From: an uncultured archaeon
GTDB lineage: Archaea; Aenigmatarchaeota; Aenigmatarchaeia; CG10238-14
Direction of reading: 5' to 3'
Length of the DNA stretch: 64,000 nt
NCBI GenBank assembly: GCA_964392445.1
Contig: CAYMPD010000002.1
Location: 30,382 to 94,381 of the forward strand
The notes under the pieces were generated by a model. It was not told the DNA's origin. It searched no databases and was given only the letters and a program-made list of their open reading frames with translations. Positions within the stretch are counted from its first letter, which is position 1. The number at the start of each line of letters is the position of its first letter. The position numbers and the translations under genes were made by a program. Positions 20,251 through 30,217 of the stretch are shown piece by piece.

Positions 20251-20484
20251 ATGAGCAGAAAAAGAGTTATCGCAGTAGGTATTCATTTACCGAAATTATC
20301 AAGAGAGGATTATTTGAGAGCTTTAGAAGGAACAGAATTATATGAAAGAATGTCCAATCTGATGCCGGATCCTCAAGGTGGTTATACTGTAGTTGATGAT
20401 GATGGCGGTATGTGGAGAGTCATTATAGAGGATGGGCGTTTAGATGTAAGAGCATACGATAAAGAAAGAACCGATTATGTTTAA
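20251..20484 (+). CDS. Hypothetical small protein
   Basis: 77-aa ORF, convergent with 20492..20698. No recognisable motif. Confidence 0.3.
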   Translation: MSRKRVIAVGIHLPKLSREDYLRALEGTELYERMSNLMPDPQGGYTVVDDDGGMWRVIIEDGRLDVRAYDKERTDYV

Positions 20485-20491
20485 TTATATC

Positions 20492-20698
20492 TCATTCACT
20501 TTTTTGATGTTCGATAGCTATTTGTCTTGCGTTATAGGAATGAGGATATCTCCATGTTATTGGAGTTTCCCAGGTAGCAACTATTTCACCGTCGAATAAA
20601 AGATGCGTTTCTCTATCATCTATTCTCATCGAATATCTATCATCAGGAAAATTAACTCTACTATAATCATATGGACATCTGGCTCTTGTATCACTCAT
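20492..20698 (-). CDS. Hypothetical small protein
   Basis: 68-aa ORF. No recognisable motif. Confidence 0.25.
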   Translation of the reverse strand: MSDTRARCPYDYSRVNFPDDRYSMRIDDRETHLLFDGEIVATWETPITWRYPHSYNARQIAIEHQKSE

Positions 20699-20769
20699 GT
20701 CTTTTTATTAACCCAATAATGATTGCTAAAGAATTTACTCTTATCTTTAATATCGGATAGAAAATAAAT

Positions 20770-21045
20770 TTAATCCAACCCAAAAGCATCCTTAAACTTC
20801 TGTATCCTTCTCAATTCTTGGATATGTTCCATACCCTTATCACTTATTTTATATGAAACTCTTTTACCCTTTTCAACTTCTTCAATAAACTCTTGAGATG
20901 AAAGTAGATCCAAATATTCCTGTAAAGCATTATGCGATAAGTTTGCAGAGTACATAATATGAGTAGGTTTAACTGTACCTCCCTTCTTTTGCATGAAAAA
21001 CATAATATCCATTATGACTTCAAGCTTTGACCTTCTCTTTCCCAA
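20770..21045 (-). CDS. Winged-helix DNA-binding protein (putative transcriptional regulator)
   Basis: ~90 aa. A helix-turn-helix-like segment ANLSHNALQEYLDLL is followed by a beta-hairpin KGKRVSYKISDKG. The 5' end overlaps 21020..21679, so the real start may be the internal Met near 21012. Confidence 0.4.
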   Translation of the reverse strand: MGKRRSKLEVIMDIMFFMQKKGGTVKPTHIMYSANLSHNALQEYLDLLSSQEFIEEVEKGKRVSYKISDKGMEHIQELRRIQKFKDAFGLD

Positions 21046-21679
21046 TATAATTCACCCGGATGAGCATGTATAACAATGAAACGAATCCCAATATCAGTAT
21101 TCCATTAGCCAAAATAAAATTAGTAACACTAAACGAGGTCAATAACAATAAAAAGTGGAATAACAACAAACAAAGGAAACTAAACATCACAAGCCAATTA
21201 TTCAGTTTCTTTCTCCTAATAGCTTTGATCACTGTCTGCACGAAAACAGCCAAAAGCAACACTATAGAGTAAATATGGAATCTATTAGAATCGGCATACC
21301 ACAAAGGTACAAATATTATGAAGGTTTTACCCTTTAGTTTGAGAGGAGAATACATCAAGAAAAATGCCAAGTAAGCCAAGGTAGATAACACATAGTAAAC
21401 CAAAAATCCAATATAATTGATCCTGTTTATACTCAATGCTGTTTGCTTGTAATTCTTTAACCCAATGTAAATGTAGGCACTCGGGGCAGCAAGTACCAAA
21501 AAACCCAACCCCAATAATAAAAAACCCATCAATAAGAACAGAATCTTTCTTTTGCGATCCATCTTATAAACCCTGTAAGAGAAATAAGCCACCAAAAAAC
21601 AAACCACAGATGACAGTAAATAAATTATCGAAGTAATACCGTAAAACCAAAGTGGGATTCTTGCATACATATATATCAT
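21020..21679 (-). CDS. Polytopic membrane protein (about 6 TM segments)
   Basis: 219 aa composed almost entirely of hydrophobic helices. Confidence 0.5.
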   Translation of the reverse strand: MIYMYARIPLWFYGITSIIYLLSSVVCFLVAYFSYRVYKMDRKRKILFLLMGFLLLGLGFLVLAAPSAYIYIGLKNYKQTALSINRINYIGFLVYYVLSTLAYLAFFLMYSPLKLKGKTFIIFVPLWYADSNRFHIYSIVLLLAVFVQTVIKAIRRKKLNNWLVMFSFLCLLLFHFLLLLTSFSVTNFILANGILILGFVSLLYMLIRVNYIGKEKVKA

Positions 21680-21974
21680 ATTAGGTTTTCGCTTATTAAC
21701 AGATATTAAATATGAATTATTAATCTAGATTTTCTTTTCACAAGATAGATATTATATATAAACCTAATAAATGTTATCGGATGAGGAAGGGAAAGGCTAA
21801 CATACAAACCTCCAATTGTTACCTTACCGTTAGTTTCGATGACGGAGACTGAGAAACTTTTGAATTTTTTTTAGGCTAAATAGAAAATAAATGCAGAGGA
21901 AATAGAAAAAAATGGTGTGCTCAACATACTCAAATATAAATTTTTAACTATTATAAAGTAATGAAAGTGATTAA

Positions 21975-23885
21975 ATGAAAAAAATTTTGTCGTTGTTGGT
22001 TTTTGCAGTATTGGCGTTTCAATTAGTTAAAGCATGTTCAAATCCGGTAGTCTATAATGAGTACAGTGTACCTGTATCTCTTTATGGTTCTGGTTATATC
22101 GAGATTGACGCGGATGATTATCCTGACGGAACAGAAAAAATAAATTATGAGTTTCAGATAAGGAATACAAACGAGAATCAAACCATGGAATTTAATTTAA
22201 CTCCTGATGCCAGTTTGAATGGTTATGTTGATCCTTTAAGTGTAGAACTAGTAGCTAATGAAACTAAGGATGTTTCCTTGGGAGTATTTATCTCATCTAC
22301 AAAGCAAGGTAACTTAATAGCGATAGGTCAGTGTGAGGACGGACAGAACATGGCTGATGGTACTCTGGGAGTCCATATATATGCTTCAGGGGATAACCCA
22401 GGAGATGAACCAGAAGGTGAGTGTGACGGTACATTATTATCATGTGGAACCTACCCAGATTGTCAGGACCTAACAAAAATGGACGGATGTTATGACGGTT
22501 ATTATAGGGATTATTATTGTATTCATGCAACCAATTCAGTAGAATATACAGAAACTTGTACATCTACTTGCTGTAAACAATACTTTGGATCAGAGGGTTA
22601 TTGTGAGAGCAATGCTTGTAAAACTACAGGAAACAATATACCAACTATTGATACTTACTTACCGAACGAAACAAGTTTGACACTTGAAGCAGGGGAATCC
22701 ATAGAATTCACTCACACAAGCTCTGATGTTGATGGAGACACTTTAAACTACATCTGGGAATTGAATGACACCGAGCAAGCTACTACCCAGAATTGGACTT
22801 ATGTCTCAAGTACAGATGATATAGGTTTTTATGAGGTTACACTTTTAGTCTCCGATGGAAAAGACACAGTTTATCAGAAATGGTATCTGACATTAGACGT
22901 ACCATCATTGTTATCAAATGGAGATGCATGTACGGATAATTCCGAATGTGAATCCGGTCACTGTGTACATGGAGTTTGCAGATCATCAAGTACTTATTGT
23001 GGAGACGGTTACTGTGATTCTGGCGAAACTTGTAGTTCCTGTTCATCTGATTGTGGTTCATGTAGTTCAGAAAGTAGTTCTAGTAGCAGTAGTAGCTCTA
23101 GTTCATCTGGATCATCTTCAAGTGGTAGTTTCGGTGGTGCTTCTAGTTCGTCCACGAAATCAACTGGATTTTATGATTTCCCATCTAATGTTGAAATAGA
23201 GACAGGTAAATCAAAACAAATACAAGGATATTTCTACAGTAGATTCAGAAGTGATCAAGACATAACATTTAAGATACTAGGTATAGATAATAACTGGATC
23301 GAAATCTCACCATCATCCACAACAGTAAGTTATGATGAAGAGATTAATATCCAAATAACCTTTAATCTACCTCAAGACATTGAACCGAGAAATTATCCAT
23401 TTGAAATATCAACCGAGATCGGGAGTATGACTTATAATCAAGCTATTACACTAACTATTTTAGAAAGTCAAGTATCGACCACGGTCTCAACTACAACAAT
23501 TGAACAGGGAACAAATCTGGAAGATTCTAGTGAAGAAGAAAATACTTCACCTATCTCAGGATTTATAGTTGTTGTTCGCGATTTCGCAAAGAGATTTTGG
23601 TATTTCCTATTAGTTCCAGCAGTAATCTTCTTGTTATGGAGATTTGTTGGAGTTCCAGCGGTAAAGATAACCCCAAATAATCTCTCATCAAATCCAGGTA
23701 AAATAGTGGACGATTCAAGTGAGGGAGATATTCCAGCTCAGGAAGAATATTTAGAAGTCAAGGTTAAAGAAAAAAAACCAGAAAAAGTAGAAACTAAAAA
23801 AGAAGATAAAGCGCTAGAAAAAGCTAGAGAAAAGGTAATTGAAGACATGAGAAAGAGAGCAATGAAGATGGAGAAATTTTATTAA
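21975..23885 (+). CDS. Secreted Cys-rich surface protein with Ser-rich linker, single TM segment and Lys/Glu-rich cytoplasmic tail
   Basis: The N-terminus has a signal peptide. The N-terminal ~200 aa are paralogous to the N-terminus of 15330. A poly-Ser stretch ([14 protein letters not shown]) is present. The TM segment is FWYFLLVPAVIFLLW, followed by a charged KEKK tail. Confidence 0.6.
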   Translation: MKKILSLLVFAVLAFQLVKACSNPVVYNEYSVPVSLYGSGYIEIDADDYPDGTEKINYEFQIRNTNENQTMEFNLTPDASLNGYVDPLSVELVANETKDVSLGVFISSTKQGNLIAIGQCEDGQNMADGTLGVHIYASGDNPGDEPEGECDGTLLSCGTYPDCQDLTKMDGCYDGYYRDYYCIHATNSVEYTETCTSTCCKQYFGSEGYCESNACKTTGNNIPTIDTYLPNETSLTLEAGESIEFTHTSSDVDGDTLNYIWELNDTEQATTQNWTYVSSTDDIGFYEVTLLVSDGKDTVYQKWYLTLDVPSLLSNGDACTDNSECESGHCVHGVCRSSSTYCGDGYCDSGETCSSCSSDCGSCSSESSSSSSSSSSSSGSSSSGSFGGASSSSTKSTGFYDFPSNVEIETGKSKQIQGYFYSRFRSDQDITFKILGIDNNWIEISPSSTTVSYDEEINIQITFNLPQDIEPRNYPFEISTEIGSMTYNQAITLTILESQVSTTVSTTTIEQGTNLEDSSEEENTSPISGFIVVVRDFAKRFWYFLLVPAVIFLLWRFVGVPAVKITPNNLSSNPGKIVDDSSEGDIPAQEEYLEVKVKEKKPEKVETKKEDKALEKAREKVIEDMRKRAMKMEKFY

Positions 23886-24059
23886 ATTTTTTACTTTTAA
23901 AGAGAAATTAAATTACTAGAAAAACTCTTAAATTTTTTTATTTCTTCTAAAACCCTTTAATATACATTTATTTTCTATTTAAAAGAATTAAACATTAGTT
24001 AGACTTAAATTATTAAGTATTCAAATTTCTATTAATATTTAAAAGCAAGAGAGGAGTTT

Positions 24060-24584
24060 ATGAACTTTAAAATAGGACCTTTTGTACTATTTACATTAGT
24101 GGTTTCCTTAGTCTTAGTTTCATCAGTTAATGCATTTATTGTGTATTTAAGACCCCCTAAAATGTTTATAAGAATGAATGTAACACCTGGTGAATATTCG
24201 TCAGGGCAGGTTACTTTTGAAATAAAAAACCTAAATAATCAGACTTTTAATGTGGAATTTTCTCCTCAAGGAGATTTTGGAGATCATGTAGTTTTTGAAA
24301 CTGATCATAATTTTGATTTAGAGTCAGGTGAGGGAACCAACTTTACATTTGATGTTAGGTATGATCAGCCAGGAACTTACAATGAGATAATGTCTGTTAT
24401 ATATACGATGGAGGGGGAAAATCCTGTTAATTTAGAGGCTGACATCACTGTAATTGCTAATGAGGTTGAAAGTCCAGATAATAAGATAACAGATTTCCAG
24501 AGAAATGCTATAATAGCATTTATATTTTTGGTCATAATTATTACACTAGTAATAATCTTTATAAGGAGGGGTGTGAAAAAGTGA
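24060..24584 (+). CDS. Small secreted protein with C-terminal TM anchor and basic tail
   Basis: The N-terminus has a signal peptide. The C-terminus reads [25 protein letters not shown] (TM plus RRGVKK), a tripartite anchor-like arrangement. The ORF overlaps the next gene by 4 nt. Confidence 0.5.
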   Translation: MNFKIGPFVLFTLVVSLVLVSSVNAFIVYLRPPKMFIRMNVTPGEYSSGQVTFEIKNLNNQTFNVEFSPQGDFGDHVVFETDHNFDLESGEGTNFTFDVRYDQPGTYNEIMSVIYTMEGENPVNLEADITVIANEVESPDNKITDFQRNAIIAFIFLVIIITLVIIFIRRGVKK

Positions 24585-27151
24585 AAAATAAGAAGTTTTA
24601 CCTAATTTTAGGTATTTTATTATCTTTGTTAATTGTAAATGATGTTTTAGCTAATGAAGTTGCTCTTGTGGTAAAGAACTCCAACAGTTTATCTTTTGTT
24701 CATGAGAGAGCGGTTAAATCTGCTTTGGAGAATATGGGTTTTGACATAGTTTTGATAGATCAATATACCGAAAATGTGGATTATTCTACTTTTAGTGCTA
24801 TAGTTATTGCTGGTAGACCAGGTAATGTTAATTTGTATGAACGTTTGGATGATTTTGTGGTTGAAATACCGGTTAATGATTATCCTACTGTAGTTATAGG
24901 AACACATTTTTTAGATGATTGGGGATGGGTAACTTCGGGTTCTACGAGTACGGCTTCGTCAACAAGGATACATAGAATTATGATAAATGATGACAAAAAT
25001 TCGATAACATCTGATTATGAAGTTGGGGAAGTAATTCCAGTACATATTGTAAAAGGCAAATCAATTTTTGATGTTCATGAGATTAATAGTAAACTTAAAC
25101 AACTGGCGTCATTGACAAGTACAGATCAAGCAACCGTTATTGGGGTTGCAGAGCCTAACATAGAGTTATTTGATAATAAGATTACAAAGGCAAGGGTAGT
25201 ATTCTTTGGTATTACTAATCCACTTTACTGGACCGAAGAAGCTGAAGATTTATTCAAAAACTCTGTTTGGTGGGTATTGGCTGATTATGACGATGACGGA
25301 ATTTTAGATCATGAAGATAACTGTAGATTTGTAGGGAATCCAGACCAACTAGACTCAGATGGGGATGGTATAGGAGATGCATGTGATAACTGTCCAGAAG
25401 AAGACTCAACAGGCTATGACTCAAACAATGATGGTTGTATAGACGATACGGATGGAGACGGTGTAAAAGATGATATCGACAATTGCCCAAGAGTACCCAA
25501 CCCAGATCAACTAGACTCAGATGAAGACGGTATAGGAGATGCATGCAACATTCTCCCAGGAGCTTCGGTTTACTTAGACGTGGACGGAGACGGTGAAGAC
25601 GAATCAGCTACAAACCAGAACAACGTTATGGAGGATGGTTATGAGGTTTATGCTGACCCAAACAGTAACACTAATGCTCTAGGTCTGGATGGTGATAGTG
25701 ATGGTTTTACTGACTTTCTAATCGATATCAACGGCGAGTATTATGATAAGTATTGGGATCCAGATGATGAGGTTCTAACAAGTTTGGTAAGAATTAATGA
25801 TCAGTACTTTATTGACAACAATGGTGATTATTTCACAGACAAGGTTTGGAACTCTACTAGCGGGCAGATGTACGGAGTACTCGAAAAAGATATTGACGGA
25901 GACTCTATGAATGAAAAGGTCAAGGACACTGACAATGACGGTTCATTTGACGAATATCAAGATCCAGACGGCTCCACACGACTTTTATCCTTTGAAGATG
26001 GAGATCAAGACGGTAGGAACGACTTTGTAATAGGTTCAGATAAAGCCGAAAAATACTGGGACCCTGACGATAATATTCTAACAGATATCCTGGAAGTAGA
26101 TGTTAATAATGACGGGGAGATGAATTATCTTGTCGACACCAATGGGAATGGCATCTATGATAAGATTTACATGACAAACACACTTTACGATTTACCTGAC
26201 TTATTTATAACGTCATTCTCTGTTAACCCAACTTCACTAAACCAAGGAGGAAGTGTTACTGTTAAAGCTACGATTAAAAATGATGGAGGATACAATGCAA
26301 CCAATTTCACAGTCCATTTCAAAGGGGCTGAGAAGGTCTTATCACTTACACCAGGAGAATCTGAGAACGTAACCTTTACTTGGACTAATGTTCCTGCAGG
26401 TTCTCACTCGGTTGAAATAGTCGTGGACTCAGATGATGTAATAACAGAATCAAACGAGGACAATAACAAGGAATCCGAAAGTGTAAATGTAGCAGCTAAG
26501 GAAGATGAAACTGCTCAGATATACTATGGGGGTGGTGGTGGAGAGACAGAGAAAAGAATGGCAGAACTAATAGACTTTCCTGAACAAGTAGTTATCAAAC
26601 AAGGAGAAACACAAACAGTCTCAGGAGAATTCATGACCAATTTAACCAGGAGCATTTCAAACATAGAATATTCGATCTTGGGTAACGGTTTTAATCAATC
26701 TTGGGTAACATTAGACCCAGAAGAAACAGACGTTCTTAACACAGATGAAAGCGAGGAAATAACTCTAACCTTTACAATCCCAGAAGACGCAGAAATCTAC
26801 ACTTACCCATTAACCCTAAGGGCTAGATCTAGCAGAGGAGAAATTTTTCGTGATTATGAGACCGAAATTAACCTATTAATCGAGGAAAGTGGTGTAGAAG
26901 AACCAGTTGAAAATGTTACAACCACAACAACACTACCAGAGGAGGAAGAACCAGAAGAAGAAACCAAATCACCACTATCAGGAGCTTTAACCTTCGTTAA
27001 AACAACTTGGTTACCACTACTAATAGGGTTCTTAATAGCAGGACTAATAATTCTAATCATCCTTTTCAGGGATAGAATACCAAAGATTGAGTTTAGTATG
27101 AAAGAAACCGGTCAAAAATACATCTTTGGAAAGGGTTGGGAAGAGGAATAA
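24581..27151 (+). CDS. Large surface protein with thrombospondin type-3-like Ca-binding repeats, a CARDB-like domain and a C-terminal TM anchor
   Basis: The N-terminus has a signal peptide. Repeats of DxDxDGxxDxxDNCPxxxNPDQxDSDxDGIGDAC occur at least twice, with many further DxDxDG loops. A CARDB-like segment is [15 protein letters not shown]…. The TM segment is [19 protein letters not shown]. Confidence 0.6.
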   Translation: MKNKKFYLILGILLSLLIVNDVLANEVALVVKNSNSLSFVHERAVKSALENMGFDIVLIDQYTENVDYSTFSAIVIAGRPGNVNLYERLDDFVVEIPVNDYPTVVIGTHFLDDWGWVTSGSTSTASSTRIHRIMINDDKNSITSDYEVGEVIPVHIVKGKSIFDVHEINSKLKQLASLTSTDQATVIGVAEPNIELFDNKITKARVVFFGITNPLYWTEEAEDLFKNSVWWVLADYDDDGILDHEDNCRFVGNPDQLDSDGDGIGDACDNCPEEDSTGYDSNNDGCIDDTDGDGVKDDIDNCPRVPNPDQLDSDEDGIGDACNILPGASVYLDVDGDGEDESATNQNNVMEDGYEVYADPNSNTNALGLDGDSDGFTDFLIDINGEYYDKYWDPDDEVLTSLVRINDQYFIDNNGDYFTDKVWNSTSGQMYGVLEKDIDGDSMNEKVKDTDNDGSFDEYQDPDGSTRLLSFEDGDQDGRNDFVIGSDKAEKYWDPDDNILTDILEVDVNNDGEMNYLVDTNGNGIYDKIYMTNTLYDLPDLFITSFSVNPTSLNQGGSVTVKATIKNDGGYNATNFTVHFKGAEKVLSLTPGESENVTFTWTNVPAGSHSVEIVVDSDDVITESNEDNNKESESVNVAAKEDETAQIYYGGGGGETEKRMAELIDFPEQVVIKQGETQTVSGEFMTNLTRSISNIEYSILGNGFNQSWVTLDPEETDVLNTDESEEITLTFTIPEDAEIYTYPLTLRARSSRGEIFRDYETEINLLIEESGVEEPVENVTTTTTLPEEEEPEEETKSPLSGALTFVKTTWLPLLIGFLIAGLIILIILFRDRIPKIEFSMKETGQKYIFGKGWEEE

Positions 27152-27218
27152 ACCCTAAGTTTTCCGCAAAAAAATGGTTTACTTTAAGTATTTAATTTCT
27201 ATTTACTAATAAGATTTT

Positions 27219-27401
27219 ATGAAGCAAAAACACAAATTTATTGAGGTTTTCTCTAATTTACCAATGGACGTAAGAAGAGAGATTATTCTGGTAATAGATG
27301 ATCAACCAATCACTTGGAATGTAGCTTATGATGAAATAAAACACGAGACCAAATTTGGTAAAAGAATCTTAGATAAATTAATTGATTTGGAGTTGATATG
27401 A
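27219..27401 (+). CDS. Hypothetical small protein (first gene of a three-gene operon)
   Basis: 60 aa. Its stop overlaps the next start (ATGA). Confidence 0.35.
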   Translation: MKQKHKFIEVFSNLPMDVRREIILVIDDQPITWNVAYDEIKHETKFGKRILDKLIDLELI

Positions 27402-27601
27402 TGGTTGATTACGAGGATTTAAAGGAAATTGTTTTAGTTAGGTTAGAGTCCATGCCGCCAAACATAAGAGTATCTGTTGGTTCAGAAAAAGATATGACAA
27501 AAGACGATCTAATTCATGAGGTAAAAAACGATACCGATCTTGGAAGACTTATAATAGAAATACAATATCAATATCTCAAATCAATGAAGAAGGGCTTTTA
27601 A
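27398..27601 (+). CDS. Hypothetical small protein (second gene of the operon)
   Basis: 67 aa. It is translationally coupled to its flanking genes. Confidence 0.35.
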   Translation: MMVDYEDLKEIVLVRLESMPPNIRVSVGSEKDMTKDDLIHEVKNDTDLGRLIIEIQYQYLKSMKKGF

Positions 27602-27602
27602 C

Positions 27603-28253
27603 ATGGAAAAGAAGTTTCTAATAACTCGACCTAAACATGATTTGACAATGAAGTATCTCCATCAATGGTCTGGAGAAATTCTTAAATTCGCTAAAAAAAG
27701 GAACATAGATTTCAGTGATTTTGAAGGTGAGAACGCAAATAGAGAAAATGTTCAAAAATTCTTAAAAAAGCAAAAACCAAAATTAGTTGTTTTTAATGGA
27801 CATGGAAATCCTAAAATGATATGTGGGCACAACAACAAGCCTTTAATTGTAAGTGATAAAAATGAGGAATTCTTAGAGTCAAAAATAAGTTATGCTATTT
27901 CATGTGATGCAGCTTCTGATTTGGGTTTGAAAATCGTTAAAAAGGGAGGGGAAACATTTATCGGTTATGAGGGACCTTTTGGTTTTGTGCGTGATGGGAG
28001 TAGAGAATGTAATCCATCTAAAGATAAGCTCGCTAAACCCTTTAAGAAGGTTTCAAACACTATCATCAAAGAAATAATTAAGGGGAAATCTGTTGAAAAA
28101 TCTATCAAAAAATCTAAGAAAACCACTTCTGAATTATTGAAGAAGTACTCGTTAGAGGAAACTGAGCCTGGGCACAAAGAGATCAGGTTTTGGTTATTTT
28201 GGAATAGACATTTTCTAAGGATATTTGGGAACTCAGAGGCTAAATTTAAGTGA
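27603..28253 (+). CDS. Putative clan-CD cysteine peptidase-like protein (caspase/gingipain-type His-Gly…Cys dyad) with a Lys-rich C-terminal tail
   Basis: A hydrophobic strand followed by His-Gly (KLVVFNGHGNP) precedes a second hydrophobic strand plus Cys about 35 residues later (ISYAISCDAAS). This is the arrangement of clan-CD catalytic dyads. The assignment is by motif only. Confidence 0.35.
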   Translation: MEKKFLITRPKHDLTMKYLHQWSGEILKFAKKRNIDFSDFEGENANRENVQKFLKKQKPKLVVFNGHGNPKMICGHNNKPLIVSDKNEEFLESKISYAISCDAASDLGLKIVKKGGETFIGYEGPFGFVRDGSRECNPSKDKLAKPFKKVSNTIIKEIIKGKSVEKSIKKSKKTTSELLKKYSLEETEPGHKEIRFWLFWNRHFLRIFGNSEAKFK

Positions 28254-28450
28254 AATATATCATCTATTCCCATTATCTTCGATTCCTGAAATCAAACCAA
28301 AAACAAGCAGAAAGGATTAATATCTTCAATGCTAAAAACATGCACATCAATACCTCAAAAAATTCCAACTGGGGTTTAAATCCTTTTCTATTAAAAGTAT
28401 AAAAAGCTTATTCACTAAAAAGTAAATACTAATAAATTTACTGCGGAGTA

Positions 28451-28792
28451 ATGAATATGAAAGAAAAAACAGTCCAAGACATTTTTGATGTGAGCCAAAC
28501 ATTTGCTTCAGGAAAAAGAGTACTTCTTCTCTTCATATTAAGAGATGAACCAATGGGGTATACAATGATTACCAAATACTTTGACAGGGTCGGTGTTCCA
28601 ATCGGTAGCAGTGAAGTTTATAAACATTTAAAACAACTTTTGAGCGGGGGATATATCACCAAAAAAGGAAATTCTTATCTTCTAACATTAAAGGGATTAA
28701 AAGCAGTAGAAGCTACATTGGAGATAGTTGATACTCCTCCTGAAATACCAGAGCTCAAGTTGTCTTTCGAAGGAAGGGGTAAATCTAAATAA
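28451..28792 (+). CDS. Winged-helix transcriptional regulator (PadR-like)
   Basis: 113 aa. The segment …MGYTMITKYF…SSEVYKHLKQLLSGGYITKKGNSYLLTLKGL… is typical of a PadR/wHTH recognition helix plus wing. Confidence 0.4.
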   Translation: MNMKEKTVQDIFDVSQTFASGKRVLLLFILRDEPMGYTMITKYFDRVGVPIGSSEVYKHLKQLLSGGYITKKGNSYLLTLKGLKAVEATLEIVDTPPEIPELKLSFEGRGKSK

Positions 28793-28825
28793 GGATTAAA
28801 CTCCAAGAATTAAGAGAGTGAAAGG

Positions 28826-29536
28826 ATGGCTGAGAAGAAGTGGTCAGATTATTGGAGAAAATATAAATCATCGGATAAGGGTAAACCTAGTCCTAAGGGA
28901 AGCACTAAAAAGGAAAGGCCAACAATCAAAGTCTCACCAAAAATACCAAAGATTTCTGCTCCTAAAACAAACATAAATCTAAAATCCGTTTTCCTAATTT
29001 TGCTTGCACTCGGTGTTCTTGGTTTAGGTTTTTGGCAATTTAAATCCGCCAAGCTAATAGAAACACTTAAGGAGGAAGAACTAAGTCTTGAGCGCCAGCT
29101 TGTAAATTGTACAGAGCAACTTGAAAATACTAACGGGACTCTGATGGTTTGTAGTTCTAATCTTGATGACTGTAACGATAATCTTGCTAATAAGATCAGT
29201 CGACTGAACAGTTGTGAAAATGAGAAGAGTAATATTAATCAGGATTATGAGGATTGTGTGGATGATCTCTTACAGGCAGACCTTAACTATCAGGATCTTG
29301 AAGATGATTACAATGATTGCAGGAGTGTTTTGGGTGATAGGAACGATGCTTTAGATGAATGTAACTCTGATTTGAATGCTCTTCAGAGTGATTATGATGA
29401 TCTAAAGGACAATTACAGGAGTCTTTGTAATAACAATTGTAGTCAGGATTGTACTTTTGATTCAGGAACCCAAGAGTATGAGTGTCCGCAGACAACAACT
29501 ACAACCACTACTCCAACAACAACCACAAGTGGTTAA
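28826..29536 (+). CDS. Membrane-anchored coiled-coil protein with periodic Cys and a C-terminal poly-Thr tail
   Basis: The N-terminus is basic, followed by a TM segment VFLILLALGVLGLGFW. A heptad-like region is rich in D/N/L and carries regularly spaced Cys residues. The C-terminus ends TTTTTTTPTTTTSG. Confidence 0.45.
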   Translation: MAEKKWSDYWRKYKSSDKGKPSPKGSTKKERPTIKVSPKIPKISAPKTNINLKSVFLILLALGVLGLGFWQFKSAKLIETLKEEELSLERQLVNCTEQLENTNGTLMVCSSNLDDCNDNLANKISRLNSCENEKSNINQDYEDCVDDLLQADLNYQDLEDDYNDCRSVLGDRNDALDECNSDLNALQSDYDDLKDNYRSLCNNNCSQDCTFDSGTQEYECPQTTTTTTTPTTTTSG

Positions 29537-29561
29537 TTTTTATTTTCCTAATACTTTTCTT

Positions 29562-30062
29562 ATGAACCACATCTATCTTCCAGTAATAATTTTCCTCTCT
29601 TTGTGTCTTTACTATATGTTAAGGAACAAACTCGCCATATTCTTCCCTAGTTTTTCAGGTATGTTAAGTATAATTCAAGACTTTGCAGATGTTGATAAGG
29701 ATGATGTTATCTATGACCTAGGTTCAGGGGATGGTAGGGTCTTGGAGGTCTTTGCTAAGAAAGGAATCAAGTGTGTGGGGGTAGAACAGGATAGAATACT
29801 AAACAATCTGGCGAGAAAAAGACTTAAAAAATACAATAACGTTAAAATAATCCAAGGAAATATCTTCGATCAAAATCTCTCTGAGGCAACAGTTATTATC
29901 GCTTATCTCTCCAAGTTTGTTACCAGAAGACTTCAGAAAAAGATAAAGAAAGAATGTAAAAAGGGTACCAAAATTATTCTTGTCTCTTATAGGTTCAAAG
30001 ATTGGGAACCAACCAGATTCAAAAGATGGTTATGGGTTCCGATTAGGTTGTATGTACTCTGA
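29562..30062 (+). CDS. Class I SAM-dependent methyltransferase
   Basis: Motif I is VIYDLGSGDGRVLEVFA. A post-I acidic residue (VGVEQD) is present. The start was moved to the internal Met MNHIY so that the ORF no longer overlaps the upstream gene. Confidence 0.6.
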   Translation: MNHIYLPVIIFLSLCLYYMLRNKLAIFFPSFSGMLSIIQDFADVDKDDVIYDLGSGDGRVLEVFAKKGIKCVGVEQDRILNNLARKRLKKYNNVKIIQGNIFDQNLSEATVIIAYLSKFVTRRLQKKIKKECKKGTKIILVSYRFKDWEPTRFKRWLWVPIRLYVL

Positions 30063-30217
30063 TTAAAAATTACCCCAGAAAATGAAGAAAACAGAAAAAC
30101 TCAAAACTGACCCCAAATTACTCTAATGTTATGAGACTATTGTAGCAATTAAAGGCCAGAAAACGGCATCTAGAGAGGGTAAAAATTTAATTTTAAATGA
30201 ATTTTTTTAGAGTGGAC

